The position numbers and the translations under genes are program-made. The notes beneath the pieces were generated by a model. It had not been told where the DNA came from, made no database searches, and saw only the letters and a list, made by a program, of their open reading frames with translations. A stretch of 64,000 nt of DNA from Sedimentisphaerales bacterium (GTDB lineage Bacteria; Planctomycetota; Phycisphaerae; Sedimentisphaerales; UBA12454): the NCBI GenBank assembly GCA_050014075.1, contig JBEKEA010000004.1:35665-99664 (forward strand). The letters run 5' to 3'. This document shows, in pieces, positions 8,549 to 17,927 of the stretch (positions within the stretch are counted from its first letter, which is position 1; each line of letters starts with the position of its first letter).

Positions 8549-9898
8549 ATGATTTTTGACAATGGATTCGAGCAGAGTGAAGAGTTTAACTCCTGGGACC
8601 AGGCAGAGCAGAAGGCTGTAAAGGCTTATGAACTCTACGAAGAGGGGAAAATGAACGAAGCTTTGTCTGCGATGAACGAGGCAATCGATATCAATCCATC
8701 CAATGGCAGATGGCATTTCAATAAAGCATTAACGCTTGACGCGATGGATAGATACGAGCAGGCGATAGAGGAATATAAACTTGCGCTGGAGCTGAGTCCT
8801 GAAGATATTGAAACGCTGAACTGTCTTGCGGTCGATTATACCCGCACAGGTCAATACGATTTGGCGTTGTCTGTATTCGAGCAGATAGAAACAATCGACC
8901 CTGAATTCGAGCCGGGCTACTGCAACAGGATAATAACCTATACCGAGATGGGCGATTATGAAATGGCCGAGCATATGTTTTATCTTGCTCAGCAGATAAG
9001 CGAGGATTGTCCGCTGTGTTTTTACAATATAGGCAATTCATTTTTTATCCAGGACAATTTTAAAAAAGCCATCTGGTGCTGGGAAAAAACAGCTGTCTTA
9101 GAGCCGAACCATCCGCAAATTAATTACCACATCGCGCGGGGCTACTGGAACCTGGGCGAAAAACAAATGGCGTGGCGGCATTTTATAGAGGAGCTTAAAA
9201 AAAATCCGGGCGATAAAGAAGTTATTTTCGATTTCGGGCTATTTCTTCTCGGCTGTGGAGACACGGTTTCGGCAGGTGATAAATTCCGCAGAATACTGGA
9301 AATTGAGCCGGGTTGCGCACCGGCAGTATTCTATCTTGGCGAAATAGAATTAAGCGCCGGCAGAAAAAAAGAGGCGGCAAAACTATATCTTGAAGCATTA
9401 AAGATAGACAGGAATACTGTAGGACCCAGATTTCGCCTTGCCCAGATTGCGATAGAACGAAAAGAGAAAGATGAAGCGTTTTCGCTGCTTGGGGCCGAGC
9501 TTGAATTAGATATAAGCCAGCCGGAGATATTGCAGGCGATAGGTATAATGATGATGGAGCTGGGACAGACAGATTATGCGACGCATTGTTTTTTAAGAGT
9601 ATCGGAGCTTGAACCTACAATCGCATTAAATTATCTGTATCTGGCCAAAGTTCTCGCTGAGCGAGACGAACAGGAAGACGCCGCTCAATTTCTTGATTAT
9701 GCGATTGAGCTGAACGCGGCAGATTGCGAACTGGTCAAAGGGGCATCGTTGGTTTACCTTGATATGGGAAGGCCACAAAAGGCTCTTGAAGTGCTGGCAA
9801 CAATAAAATCAGAAAAGGCCGGATTGGGACTGAAAATAATTAAGACGATTGCGAAAATGAAACTGCTGCTGCAGAGGATGAAGAATTTTGGGAAATAA
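8549..9898 (+). CDS. Tetratricopeptide-repeat protein
   Basis: Many 34-aa TPR-like units (A..Y..AL.L.P); start placed at ATG 8549 (MIFDNG). Confidence 0.85.
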   Translation: MIFDNGFEQSEEFNSWDQAEQKAVKAYELYEEGKMNEALSAMNEAIDINPSNGRWHFNKALTLDAMDRYEQAIEEYKLALELSPEDIETLNCLAVDYTRTGQYDLALSVFEQIETIDPEFEPGYCNRIITYTEMGDYEMAEHMFYLAQQISEDCPLCFYNIGNSFFIQDNFKKAIWCWEKTAVLEPNHPQINYHIARGYWNLGEKQMAWRHFIEELKKNPGDKEVIFDFGLFLLGCGDTVSAGDKFRRILEIEPGCAPAVFYLGEIELSAGRKKEAAKLYLEALKIDRNTVGPRFRLAQIAIERKEKDEAFSLLGAELELDISQPEILQAIGIMMMELGQTDYATHCFLRVSELEPTIALNYLYLAKVLAERDEQEDAAQFLDYAIELNAADCELVKGASLVYLDMGRPQKALEVLATIKSEKAGLGLKIIKTIAKMKLLLQRMKNFGK

Positions 9899-9949
9899 AA
9901 AAAGGTTGCTTTGTGGATGACCCCGGGCCGGGGCCTTTAAAGCAACCTT
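9897..9949. terminator. Hairpin with 11-bp arms; U-tract on the minus strand
   Basis: aaggttgcttt ... aaagcaacctt, preceded on the plus strand by an 8-A run. Confidence 0.6.
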
Positions 9950-9966
9950 ATTAATAACACAGAATT

Positions 9967-9995
9967 ATGCTAACGCTTTTAAAAAATCCTGTCAA
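9967..9995 (-). promoter_or_regulatory. Sigma70-type promoter pointing toward the 9897-9949 hairpin
   Basis: Minus strand reads TTGACA-17 bp-TAGCAT. Confidence 0.45.
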
Positions 9996-10314
9996 CAATT
10001 AATTATTTTTTCTTTTCAGGAAATTTTCAGCATTATAGCCACTCTTTCGACTTTGCTCAAGACGGGTAAGTCGCCAGGATACGAAGATCAATAGCATTAT
10101 TAAAGCTAATTTTTATTTCGCGGCGGGCTTTTCTCTCTTTAAATGCAAAAACCTTTCATCTGGACTATTCTGAAAATAAAGAGTATATTAAATCCTAAAT
10201 AACCAAGCAGCCAATATGGTCTTTATGGGCATTTGGCGGCCTGATTATCTAAAAAGGATGTTTTCAGGTTTTGAAAGTACTGTTATAATAGCAGCTTAAA
10301 TAATTGGAGCAGAT

Positions 10315-11070
10315 ATGATTCTTCTTGAAACGCATAGTCTGGTAAAGAAATATTCCGGCAGAACAGTCGTCAACCAGGTTTCGATAACAGTCGAACAGCG
10401 AAGTATAATCGGTCTTCTGGGCAGAAACGGAGCGGGAAAGACAACCACATTCAGAATGGTTATGGGAATGATTTCGCCAAACGGCGGGGCGGTGGTCTTC
10501 GAAGGTTCTGATATAACAAGTCTGCCGATGTATAAACGAGCCCGTATGGGAATGGGGTATCTATCGCAGGAGCCGAGCGTATTTCAGCGGCTCAGCGTAA
10601 AAGACAATCTGCTCGCTATTCTTGAAACGATGTCGCTGACGGCAACGGAGCGGAATCGAAAAGCCAATGAGCTTATCGAGCGTTTCGCTCTTGATGAGGT
10701 TGCCGACAGCCAGGCGAGGTTTCTTTCCGGCGGCGAACGAAGGAAGCTGGAAATTGCACGGGCGATGGTTACAAATCCGTCATTGATTTTGCTCGATGAA
10801 CCATTCAGCGGCGTCGACCCGATTGCGGTCGAAGAGCTTCAGACTGAAATTCACAGATTAGTCGCCTCTGGAGTAAGTATCCTTATAACAGACCATAACG
10901 TCGAAAGGACGCTTGAGGTTTCTGATAAGGCATACATAATCGACCACGGCAGAGTAATAGCCGAGGGCAGCCCGGCTGAGATAGTAAAAAATGAGCTTGT
11001 TCGCAAAAGCTATCTTGGTCATACATTCAAAGGCGATGAATTTGACGATACGGCTGACAGGAGCGGGTAA
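10315..11070 (+). CDS. lptB: LPS export ABC transporter ATP-binding protein
   Basis: GRNGAGKTTTF, MYKRARMGMGYLSQEPSVF, LSGGERRKLEIAR, DEPFSGVDP, ITDHNV. Confidence 0.95.
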   Translation: MILLETHSLVKKYSGRTVVNQVSITVEQRSIIGLLGRNGAGKTTTFRMVMGMISPNGGAVVFEGSDITSLPMYKRARMGMGYLSQEPSVFQRLSVKDNLLAILETMSLTATERNRKANELIERFALDEVADSQARFLSGGERRKLEIARAMVTNPSLILLDEPFSGVDPIAVEELQTEIHRLVASGVSILITDHNVERTLEVSDKAYIIDHGRVIAEGSPAEIVKNELVRKSYLGHTFKGDEFDDTADRSG

Positions 11071-11594
11071 TGATTGAGGTTGAAAAATGCTGTATAACCC
11101 GATATCCGGCGCCTGTGCTTGCTCAAAAGGCACAGTCTGTCGAGAAGTTTGACGATAACCTCCGCGCTCTTGCCGATAAAATGAAAGATATAATGGTTGA
11201 GCATAAAGGCGTCGGACTTGCCGGTCCGCAGGCGGGAGTGGGGTTGAGAATTTTTGTCGCGTCGCCTGATGGCACAAAAGAAAACGCGAAAGTTTATATT
11301 AATCCTGTTATTACGCCGTCGGGGACACTTGAAACAAAAGAAGAAGGCTGTTTGTCTCTGCCGGGAATTTGGGGCAACGTACACAGGTATTCCGAATGTT
11401 CGATAAAGGCCCAGGGACTTGACGGCAAAGAATTTACCGAAGAGGGCAAGGGGCTTCTTGTGAGGATTTTTCAGCACGAATGCGACCATCTTGATGGTAC
11501 GCTTATAGCAGATAAGCTCTCAACGGTTGCAAAAATTGCTGCACGCAGGAAGCTCAAACAACTTCGCGAAGATTATGAGAATCAGAACAAATGA
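11070..11594 (+). CDS. def: Peptide deformylase
   Basis: GVGLAGPQ, EGCLS, QHECDHLDG. Confidence 0.97.
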   Translation: MIEVEKCCITRYPAPVLAQKAQSVEKFDDNLRALADKMKDIMVEHKGVGLAGPQAGVGLRIFVASPDGTKENAKVYINPVITPSGTLETKEEGCLSLPGIWGNVHRYSECSIKAQGLDGKEFTEEGKGLLVRIFQHECDHLDGTLIADKLSTVAKIAARRKLKQLREDYENQNK

Positions 11595-12550
11595 GAATAG
11601 TCTATTGCGGTTGCGGTCGGTTTGGAATTGATTCGTTAAATGCCTTAAAGGCATCTAAGCATCAACTCGTACATATTATAACTCATCCCGAAAAACAGGC
11701 AGGCAGAGGAAGAAAAATACGCGCAAACGATGTTGAACAATGGGCAATTCAAAATAATATGCCATTTACAACTCTTGACGATATTAACAGCAATCAGGGA
11801 ATAGAACTTGTAAGAAAATTCGCACCGGATTTGCTTGTTGTTATCGCGTTCGGCCAGAAAATCTCTCCTGAAATTATAGGAATACCCGCAAAAGGCGCTA
11901 TAAATGTTCACGGTTCGCTGCTGCCGAAATACCGGGGAGCGGCGCCGATTAACTGGGCGATTATCAACGGAGAAATTGAAACGGGCATAAGCATTATTAC
12001 ATTGGCACAAAAAATGGACGCAGGCGAAATACTGGCACAGGCAAAAATGAAAATCGCAGATGATGATTCATTCGACATTGTTCATGATGAGCTTGGCAAA
12101 CTGGCGGCACCGGTGCTGATAGAAACGATTGATAAAATAGAGGCTGGAACCGCTGCTTATGCAAAACAGGATAATTCAAAAGCGACGGCCGCACCGAAAC
12201 TGAAAAAATCAGATGGCAATTTAGATTTCAATCAGTCGGCAAAAACAATTCATAATAAGGTAAGAGGACTTTGGCCATGGCCGGGAGCGGCAGCATGTTT
12301 TGTTTCGGCAAAAAACGGCAAGAAATTTCCTGTTACGCTGGTAAAGACAAAAGTCGTGGATGAATCCAGCAAAGGCCAACAGGCAGGGCTGATTAATGCT
12401 AATCTTAATATTGACTGTGGAACAGGCAGTTTGGAAATTCTGGAATTAAAACCGCACGGGGGAAAACTTATGAATTTTAAATCATTTTTGAACGGCAGGG
12501 CGGGCGGACAAGGCGATTTTTTTGAGCCACTTGAGGAAAGCGAGCAATGA
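11591..12550 (+). CDS. fmt: Methionyl-tRNA formyltransferase
   Basis: INVHGSLLPKYRGAAPINWAI, MDAG; follows def. Confidence 0.97.
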   Translation: MRIVYCGCGRFGIDSLNALKASKHQLVHIITHPEKQAGRGRKIRANDVEQWAIQNNMPFTTLDDINSNQGIELVRKFAPDLLVVIAFGQKISPEIIGIPAKGAINVHGSLLPKYRGAAPINWAIINGEIETGISIITLAQKMDAGEILAQAKMKIADDDSFDIVHDELGKLAAPVLIETIDKIEAGTAAYAKQDNSKATAAPKLKKSDGNLDFNQSAKTIHNKVRGLWPWPGAAACFVSAKNGKKFPVTLVKTKVVDESSKGQQAGLINANLNIDCGTGSLEILELKPHGGKLMNFKSFLNGRAGGQGDFFEPLEESEQ

Positions 12551-13914
12551 AGGCAACACAATTAAGCCCGCGGCGGGCGGCATGGGAGGTTTTAAGTAAT
12601 TTTAACGCGGCAGAGCATAACTGCGCCGAGCTTGTCGAAAAATTCGGAGAACAAACTCAAAACCGTGCGAGCCTGGTCGATATTTCGTTCGGCATAATAA
12701 GAAATTCGGTATTTATCGATAACCTCATCTCGCTGGTTTCGGTTAAGCCGCTAAAAAATATACCACCGAAAATTCTTAATTGCCTCAGAATCGCAGTCTA
12801 TGAACTTGTTTTTACAAGTCAGGCAGATTACGCGATTGTTAATGAAGCGGTAAACCTGGCAAAGGCAATCGGCTCAAAAAAAGCAGCGGGGTTTGCAAAC
12901 GCGGTATTGAGAAAAATGAGCGCTTCGATAAAAAACAAAACAGCGGATTTAAGCAAAACGGATTTGCGAAAAACACTGCCGCTCAGTCCGGCGGTCGGGT
13001 GCGAATTTAATATTGATATTCTGCCGGATGCGGATAAACAAATGGGCGAATATCTTAGTTGCGCGTTTTCGCTTCCGCTGTGGCTAATAGAGCAGTGGCT
13101 CAATCAATTTAGTTTTGAACAGACTAAAAATATTTGTTTCGCGTCTAATCGCAGACCATCAGTTTACGCAAGACCCAATAAGCTTAAAATAAACGCAGAA
13201 AAACTTTTTGAAACTCTGAAAAACCAGGAAGTCGATTGCGAACTTGCCGAAGAATATAAAATGGTCAGGATAAACAAGTCGGGCAATATCGCAGGGCTTG
13301 AAAGTTTCAAAGCAGGTTTATTTACGATACAAGATTTAACTTCATCGTCAGTTGTTGCATTGTTAAATCCTCAGCCGGGCTGGAAAATATTTGATATCTG
13401 CGCGGCGCCGGGCACAAAGACTACGCAAATCGCAGAACTCATTGGCGATAAAGGGCTTATAATCGCAACTGATATAGATGATTCAAGGCTGGGCAGGATT
13501 GGCAAAAACGTCCGAAGGCTTGGCATAACATCGGTAAAAATATCAGCTTACGAGGATTTTCTTAAAGAGGCCGGCCAAGCTGAAGCGAATGCGGTATTGC
13601 TCGATGTGCCCTGTTCAAATACAGGTGTGCTGGCAAAAAGACCTGAAGTAAGACTTAGGCTGGACAAAAAACGCCTTGAGGAGATTGTCAAAATACAAAT
13701 TGAACTGCTTGAATTTGCCAGTCCGCTTGTAAAGAAAGGCGGAAAAATCTGTTACAGCACTTGCAGTATATTGAACCGGGAAAATAGCGAAATTGTGAAT
13801 AATTTTATCAGTAAAAAAAGAGGATTTGTGCTCGAACAGGAGAAATTGATTTTGCCATCTGCGAAAGTGTGGGATTTTGACGGCGGATACACGGCGATTT
13901 TAGTAAAAACATAA
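12547..13914 (+). CDS. rsmB: 16S rRNA m5C967 methyltransferase
   Basis: NusB-like N-terminus; DICAAPGTKT, LLDVPCSNTG, YSTCSI..EN. Confidence 0.92.
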   Translation: MKATQLSPRRAAWEVLSNFNAAEHNCAELVEKFGEQTQNRASLVDISFGIIRNSVFIDNLISLVSVKPLKNIPPKILNCLRIAVYELVFTSQADYAIVNEAVNLAKAIGSKKAAGFANAVLRKMSASIKNKTADLSKTDLRKTLPLSPAVGCEFNIDILPDADKQMGEYLSCAFSLPLWLIEQWLNQFSFEQTKNICFASNRRPSVYARPNKLKINAEKLFETLKNQEVDCELAEEYKMVRINKSGNIAGLESFKAGLFTIQDLTSSSVVALLNPQPGWKIFDICAAPGTKTTQIAELIGDKGLIIATDIDDSRLGRIGKNVRRLGITSVKISAYEDFLKEAGQAEANAVLLDVPCSNTGVLAKRPEVRLRLDKKRLEEIVKIQIELLEFASPLVKKGGKICYSTCSILNRENSEIVNNFISKKRGFVLEQEKLILPSAKVWDFDGGYTAILVKT

Positions 13915-13959
13915 AAACTAAACCATCAAACTTGTTTTTGCAATTTAAATTTTCTATTT

Positions 13960-14100
13960 TTGAAAATTTATTTTTTTAACTATCCACATTTTTTCCACAA
14001 AATCATTTTTGACTGTGCAAAACCTGTTCAAAATAATTTTTTTTTTCTCACAACGTTATGTATTTAATAATTCTGTAGCTGTGGAAAAGAATTTTGGCAG
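13960..14100. promoter_or_regulatory. DnaA-box cluster upstream of dnaA (candidate oriC and autoregulatory site)
   Basis: ctatccaca 13980, ttttccaca 13991, tgtgcaaaa 14014, tttctcaca 14044, tgtggaaaa 14080, in an AT-rich region. Confidence 0.6.
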
Positions 14101-14202
14101 AACTGCATTGATTTCCTGATTGTAAAGAAGTATATTCGAACTCGTTCTTTAATTTGTCGAACAAAAGTTTGACAGCAAGGCAAAAAAACTTAAGAAGTTT
14201 AT

Positions 14203-15609
14203 ATGCAGACAACAATCACGGATGAAATAGTTGCAATCAATCAGCATCTGTCTGAAAAGATAGGACAGCAGAAATATCGTGTCTGGTTCAAAAATTCGAC
14301 CAGGTTCACGGTAGCTGATGACTATCTGAAGATTGGCGTTCCCAATCCATTCGTCGGAAGCTGGATTGAAAGTCATTTTTTGTCTGACATAGCAGCCGCT
14401 GTTGAATCAGTAACGGGTTCTGCGAAAAAAATTGCGTTTAATATAGAGCCGCAGCTCGCAGGCAATCAAAGGAAGACGCAGCTTGACGGCCAGGCGCAGC
14501 TTGTTCAGCAGGCTCAGAATAAAACGACGCGAAGCAGATTTCGCGACGAGCGTGCCGGTGAACGGCCGCTGAAAATGACGCTTGAAACATTTATTGTAGG
14601 GCCGTCGAATCAATTGGCCTACAACGCGTCGATGAGTATGATATCTGATGAGGTAAGTCCGTTTAATCCGTTGTTTATTCACGGAGGATATGGTTTGGGC
14701 AAGACTCATCTGATGCAAGGGATATGCAACACGATGAGCCGGACCAGACCGACTGCCAATTGGCTTTATGTATCAGCGGAGGATTTTACTAATCAGTTTG
14801 TGCTGGCCTTGAAGACCAAAAAGCTGGAGGCTTTCCGGAGGCGATACCGGCAAACGGATTTGTTGGCTATTGACGATATACACTTCCTGGCCAGCAAACC
14901 TTCAACGCAGGAGGAATTCCTGCATACTTTTAATACGATAAATCTTGCCGGCAAAAAAGTAGTACTGGCCTCCGATGCTCATCCGAAATTAATCGGGCAG
15001 CTCTGTGAAAGCCTTGTAAACAGGTTCGTATCGGGAATGGTAGTCAAGATTGAACCGCCGGATGTCAAAACGCGGTGCAAGATAATCAGCCAAAAGGCCG
15101 CCGCGATGAATAAAGAGCTGCCGGACAAGGTCATTATCTATATCGCAGAGAATATCCGCTCGAATATAAGAGAGCTGGAAGGCGCGATACTGAAACTTAT
15201 CGCGTATTCGTCACTTTGCAACGAGAAGATTTCGCCGGAGATGGCAAGGCTGGTTCTTGCCGAGCATATTTCCAGAACGGACCCGATAGTCCATATTTCC
15301 GATATCGAGGCGACAGTAACGACATATTTCGGCATCACGCCTGCAGATGTTCATTCATCCAAAAAGGACAGGACAGTAAGTTTAGCGAGGTCTTTCAGTA
15401 TGTATCTTGCCAGAAAGTATACTGATATGTCTTTTCCGGAAATCGGCAGACTGATGGGCAATAAAAATCACGCAACGGTAATCCTTGCGTGCAGGAAAAT
15501 AGAGGAACATCTCAAGAATAATTCATCTGTGAACTGGCAGAGTCCCAACGGCAATAAGGTCGCAAATGCCCAGGATGTTCTGGCGCAACTGAGCCAGACA
15601 ATTGCGTAA
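14203..15609 (+). CDS. dnaA: Chromosomal replication initiator DnaA
   Basis: FIVGPSNQLA, NPLFIHGGYGLGKTHL, LAIDDIHF, QEEFLHTFN, NIRELEG, IGRLMGNKNHATV. Confidence 0.97.
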   Translation: MQTTITDEIVAINQHLSEKIGQQKYRVWFKNSTRFTVADDYLKIGVPNPFVGSWIESHFLSDIAAAVESVTGSAKKIAFNIEPQLAGNQRKTQLDGQAQLVQQAQNKTTRSRFRDERAGERPLKMTLETFIVGPSNQLAYNASMSMISDEVSPFNPLFIHGGYGLGKTHLMQGICNTMSRTRPTANWLYVSAEDFTNQFVLALKTKKLEAFRRRYRQTDLLAIDDIHFLASKPSTQEEFLHTFNTINLAGKKVVLASDAHPKLIGQLCESLVNRFVSGMVVKIEPPDVKTRCKIISQKAAAMNKELPDKVIIYIAENIRSNIRELEGAILKLIAYSSLCNEKISPEMARLVLAEHISRTDPIVHISDIEATVTTYFGITPADVHSSKKDRTVSLARSFSMYLARKYTDMSFPEIGRLMGNKNHATVILACRKIEEHLKNNSSVNWQSPNGNKVANAQDVLAQLSQTIA

Positions 15610-15614
15610 ACGAA

Positions 15615-16730
15615 TCAGCCCAAAAAGTGCAGAATAATTTTTTTGTAAAATTCCACCGCTTTTTTTAAGTCTTTAATATCAATATATTCGCCCGGCTTAT
15701 GGCACAATTGCGGTTTTCCCGGCCCAAAAATAACTATCGGCGATTTAAATACGGTTAAATACGGCGCATCGGTTGTGAAAGGCACAGCCGTAAGATGTTT
15801 AATCTTTAAGATTTGTTTCGAGCGTTTTACAAATTCGCATTTCTCATCCGTCTGCAGCGAACCTGAATCGCGAAGGATTTTTAATTCGACCTTGAAGCGA
15901 GGATTTTGTTTTGAAAGCCGGGCGAGAATTTTATTAATATCTGCGACAATCCGGCTTGTTTTTTGGCCGGGTATAGTGCGGATATCAATCTGGACAGAGC
16001 ATAAGTCCGGAACGATATTTGCCGCCGAGCCTCCGATGATTTTATTTACGCTAATAGATGCCTTGCCAAGCAATTTATTAACGCCGGGGATTTTGAAATT
16101 CTCAAGTTTGTTTAAAAACATTTTCATTGAGTCTATGGCGTTTATTCCAAGCTGCGGCATCGAACTGTGGGCGGATTTGCCTTTTGTGGAAATTTGGAGC
16201 CATAAAAGTCCGCGATGAGCGTTAACAAGGTCGAAATTAGTTGGCTCGGGGACGATTATTCCGGCAAACTTTGGTTTTTGTTTAAAGGATTTTAAGAATT
16301 TTTTGACGCCGGCGCTGTCTGTTTCTTCGCCTGCCGTGGCGGTAAAGATAATATCGCCCTGAAGTTTGACTTTAGAACGCAGAATTTCTGCCATCGCGAC
16401 CGCTGCCGATGTGATACCGCCTTTCATATCGCAGGCGCCTCTGCCGAAAATTTTGCCATTGCGCTCAATAGGCTCGAAAGCACCTGCCTGCTGAGCCGGG
16501 ACAACGTCAAGATGACTGACGAATAAGAGGGCGGGTTTCCGCCTGCGGCGGATAAATTTTGCTGTTGATTTGAGTGTGGCAGTGATGTTTGCGCGGGTTT
16601 TATCCCAAACCTCGACATTCGGCTTTATTCCAGCCGAGCGGAAAAAATCGGCTAATACATTGGCGCATTTGATTTCGCCGGTATCCAGCGTGGACTTTGC
16701 CCTAATTAATTTTTTCAATAACTCTTTCAT
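15615..16730 (-). CDS. M20-family metallopeptidase (ArgE/DapE-like)
   Basis: SHLDVVP, GRGACDMKGG, GEET, EPT, GKSAHSS, FGPG...CH..GE. Confidence 0.9.
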   Translation of the reverse strand: MKELLKKLIRAKSTLDTGEIKCANVLADFFRSAGIKPNVEVWDKTRANITATLKSTAKFIRRRRKPALLFVSHLDVVPAQQAGAFEPIERNGKIFGRGACDMKGGITSAAVAMAEILRSKVKLQGDIIFTATAGEETDSAGVKKFLKSFKQKPKFAGIIVPEPTNFDLVNAHRGLLWLQISTKGKSAHSSMPQLGINAIDSMKMFLNKLENFKIPGVNKLLGKASISVNKIIGGSAANIVPDLCSVQIDIRTIPGQKTSRIVADINKILARLSKQNPRFKVELKILRDSGSLQTDEKCEFVKRSKQILKIKHLTAVPFTTDAPYLTVFKSPIVIFGPGKPQLCHKPGEYIDIKDLKKAVEFYKKIILHFLG

Positions 16731-16813
16731 AATTCTATAATTTTACACTGTAATTAACGGTTTTGCACTTTGATTTTCTTGAACAATTACAAAAATTGTA
16801 TAAAGTATCGAAT

Positions 16814-17764
16814 ATGAATAAAGCAAAAGTATCGCTGGTAAGATGTCCCAATTATGATGGCCAGGCCGTGCGGTCTGCGATATTAAGGCATTTTGAGCTT
16901 CACGGCGGGATAGAATCATTCATAAGCAAAAGCGACAGCGTCCTGATAAAGCCCAATATGATAGCGCCAAGGCCGAGCCAGTGTGCGACGCAAACCGACC
17001 CGGCAGTAATTATAGAACTTGCAAAAATTCTTGTGGATTACGGAGCCAAACCATTTGTCGCCGATTCGCCGGCGTGGTCAAATACGAGAGCCTGCGCCGA
17101 GGCGATAGGAATTGTCGAACCTTTGAACAAACTGGGCGTGCGGATAAGGCAGCTCTCCAGGCCTGTGAATAGGGTGCTTGAACATTCGGGAGCGAAAATC
17201 GGAATAAGCTCTATCGCTCTTGACGCAGATAAAATAATAAATCTGCCGAAACTTAAAACTCATCAGCAGCTTGTGGCGACAATCGCGGTGAAAAATATGT
17301 TCGGCTGTGTAAGCGGCAAGGCAAAGGCAATCTGGCATTACAGGAAAGGCGCGACTTTTGATGAATTTTGCACAATGCTGATAGATATTTATAAATTGCT
17401 CAATCCAGCGATAACGATTATCGACGCGGTTGTCGCGATGGAAGGGCCAGGCCCGATAAGAGGAAATCCAAAAAAGCTTGGCTGGCTGGTTGCGTCTATT
17501 GACCCAATCGCCGCGGAAGTTATATGCTGCGATTTAATTGGTATTTCTCCGGATCGGCTGCCAATGATAAAAACTGCTGAAAGATTAGGTTTTGGCTATA
17601 CGGATAAACAGAATATCGAGGTTGTTGGCGACTCTTTTGCGGCTGATGAGCGTATAAGGCTTGAGCCTGCGGAACTGACGCCGCTGAGTTTTTCTTTTCC
17701 AAGAATTATCAAAAGTATCGCTCGGCAAATCTGGATACTTATGAAAACCGGCCGAAAACCTTAA
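16814..17764 (+). CDS. DUF362-domain protein
   Basis: VLIKPNM, TDP.VI, INLPKLKTH, AVKNMFG, DAVVAMEGPGP. Confidence 0.85.
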   Translation: MNKAKVSLVRCPNYDGQAVRSAILRHFELHGGIESFISKSDSVLIKPNMIAPRPSQCATQTDPAVIIELAKILVDYGAKPFVADSPAWSNTRACAEAIGIVEPLNKLGVRIRQLSRPVNRVLEHSGAKIGISSIALDADKIINLPKLKTHQQLVATIAVKNMFGCVSGKAKAIWHYRKGATFDEFCTMLIDIYKLLNPAITIIDAVVAMEGPGPIRGNPKKLGWLVASIDPIAAEVICCDLIGISPDRLPMIKTAERLGFGYTDKQNIEVVGDSFAADERIRLEPAELTPLSFSFPRIIKSIARQIWILMKTGRKP

Positions 17765-17817
17765 AAGCCGCCTTAATTGACTTATTCTCGTATTTATATT
17801 ATCATTCCTTATGATGA

Positions 17818-17927
17818 ATCCCGCACCTTCTAAGTATTCAGGAATTATTCGGATTTTACTAAGAAGTGAAGCGGTTGTATGATTATGGAATATTTTAAGA
17901 AAAACAAATTAAAAGAAGGTGCGGGAT
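17818..17927. repeat. 14-bp inverted-repeat element, copy 1
   Basis: atcccgcaccttct (17818-17831) and agaaggtgcgggat (17914-17927); identical arms at 29896-29944. Confidence 0.8.
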
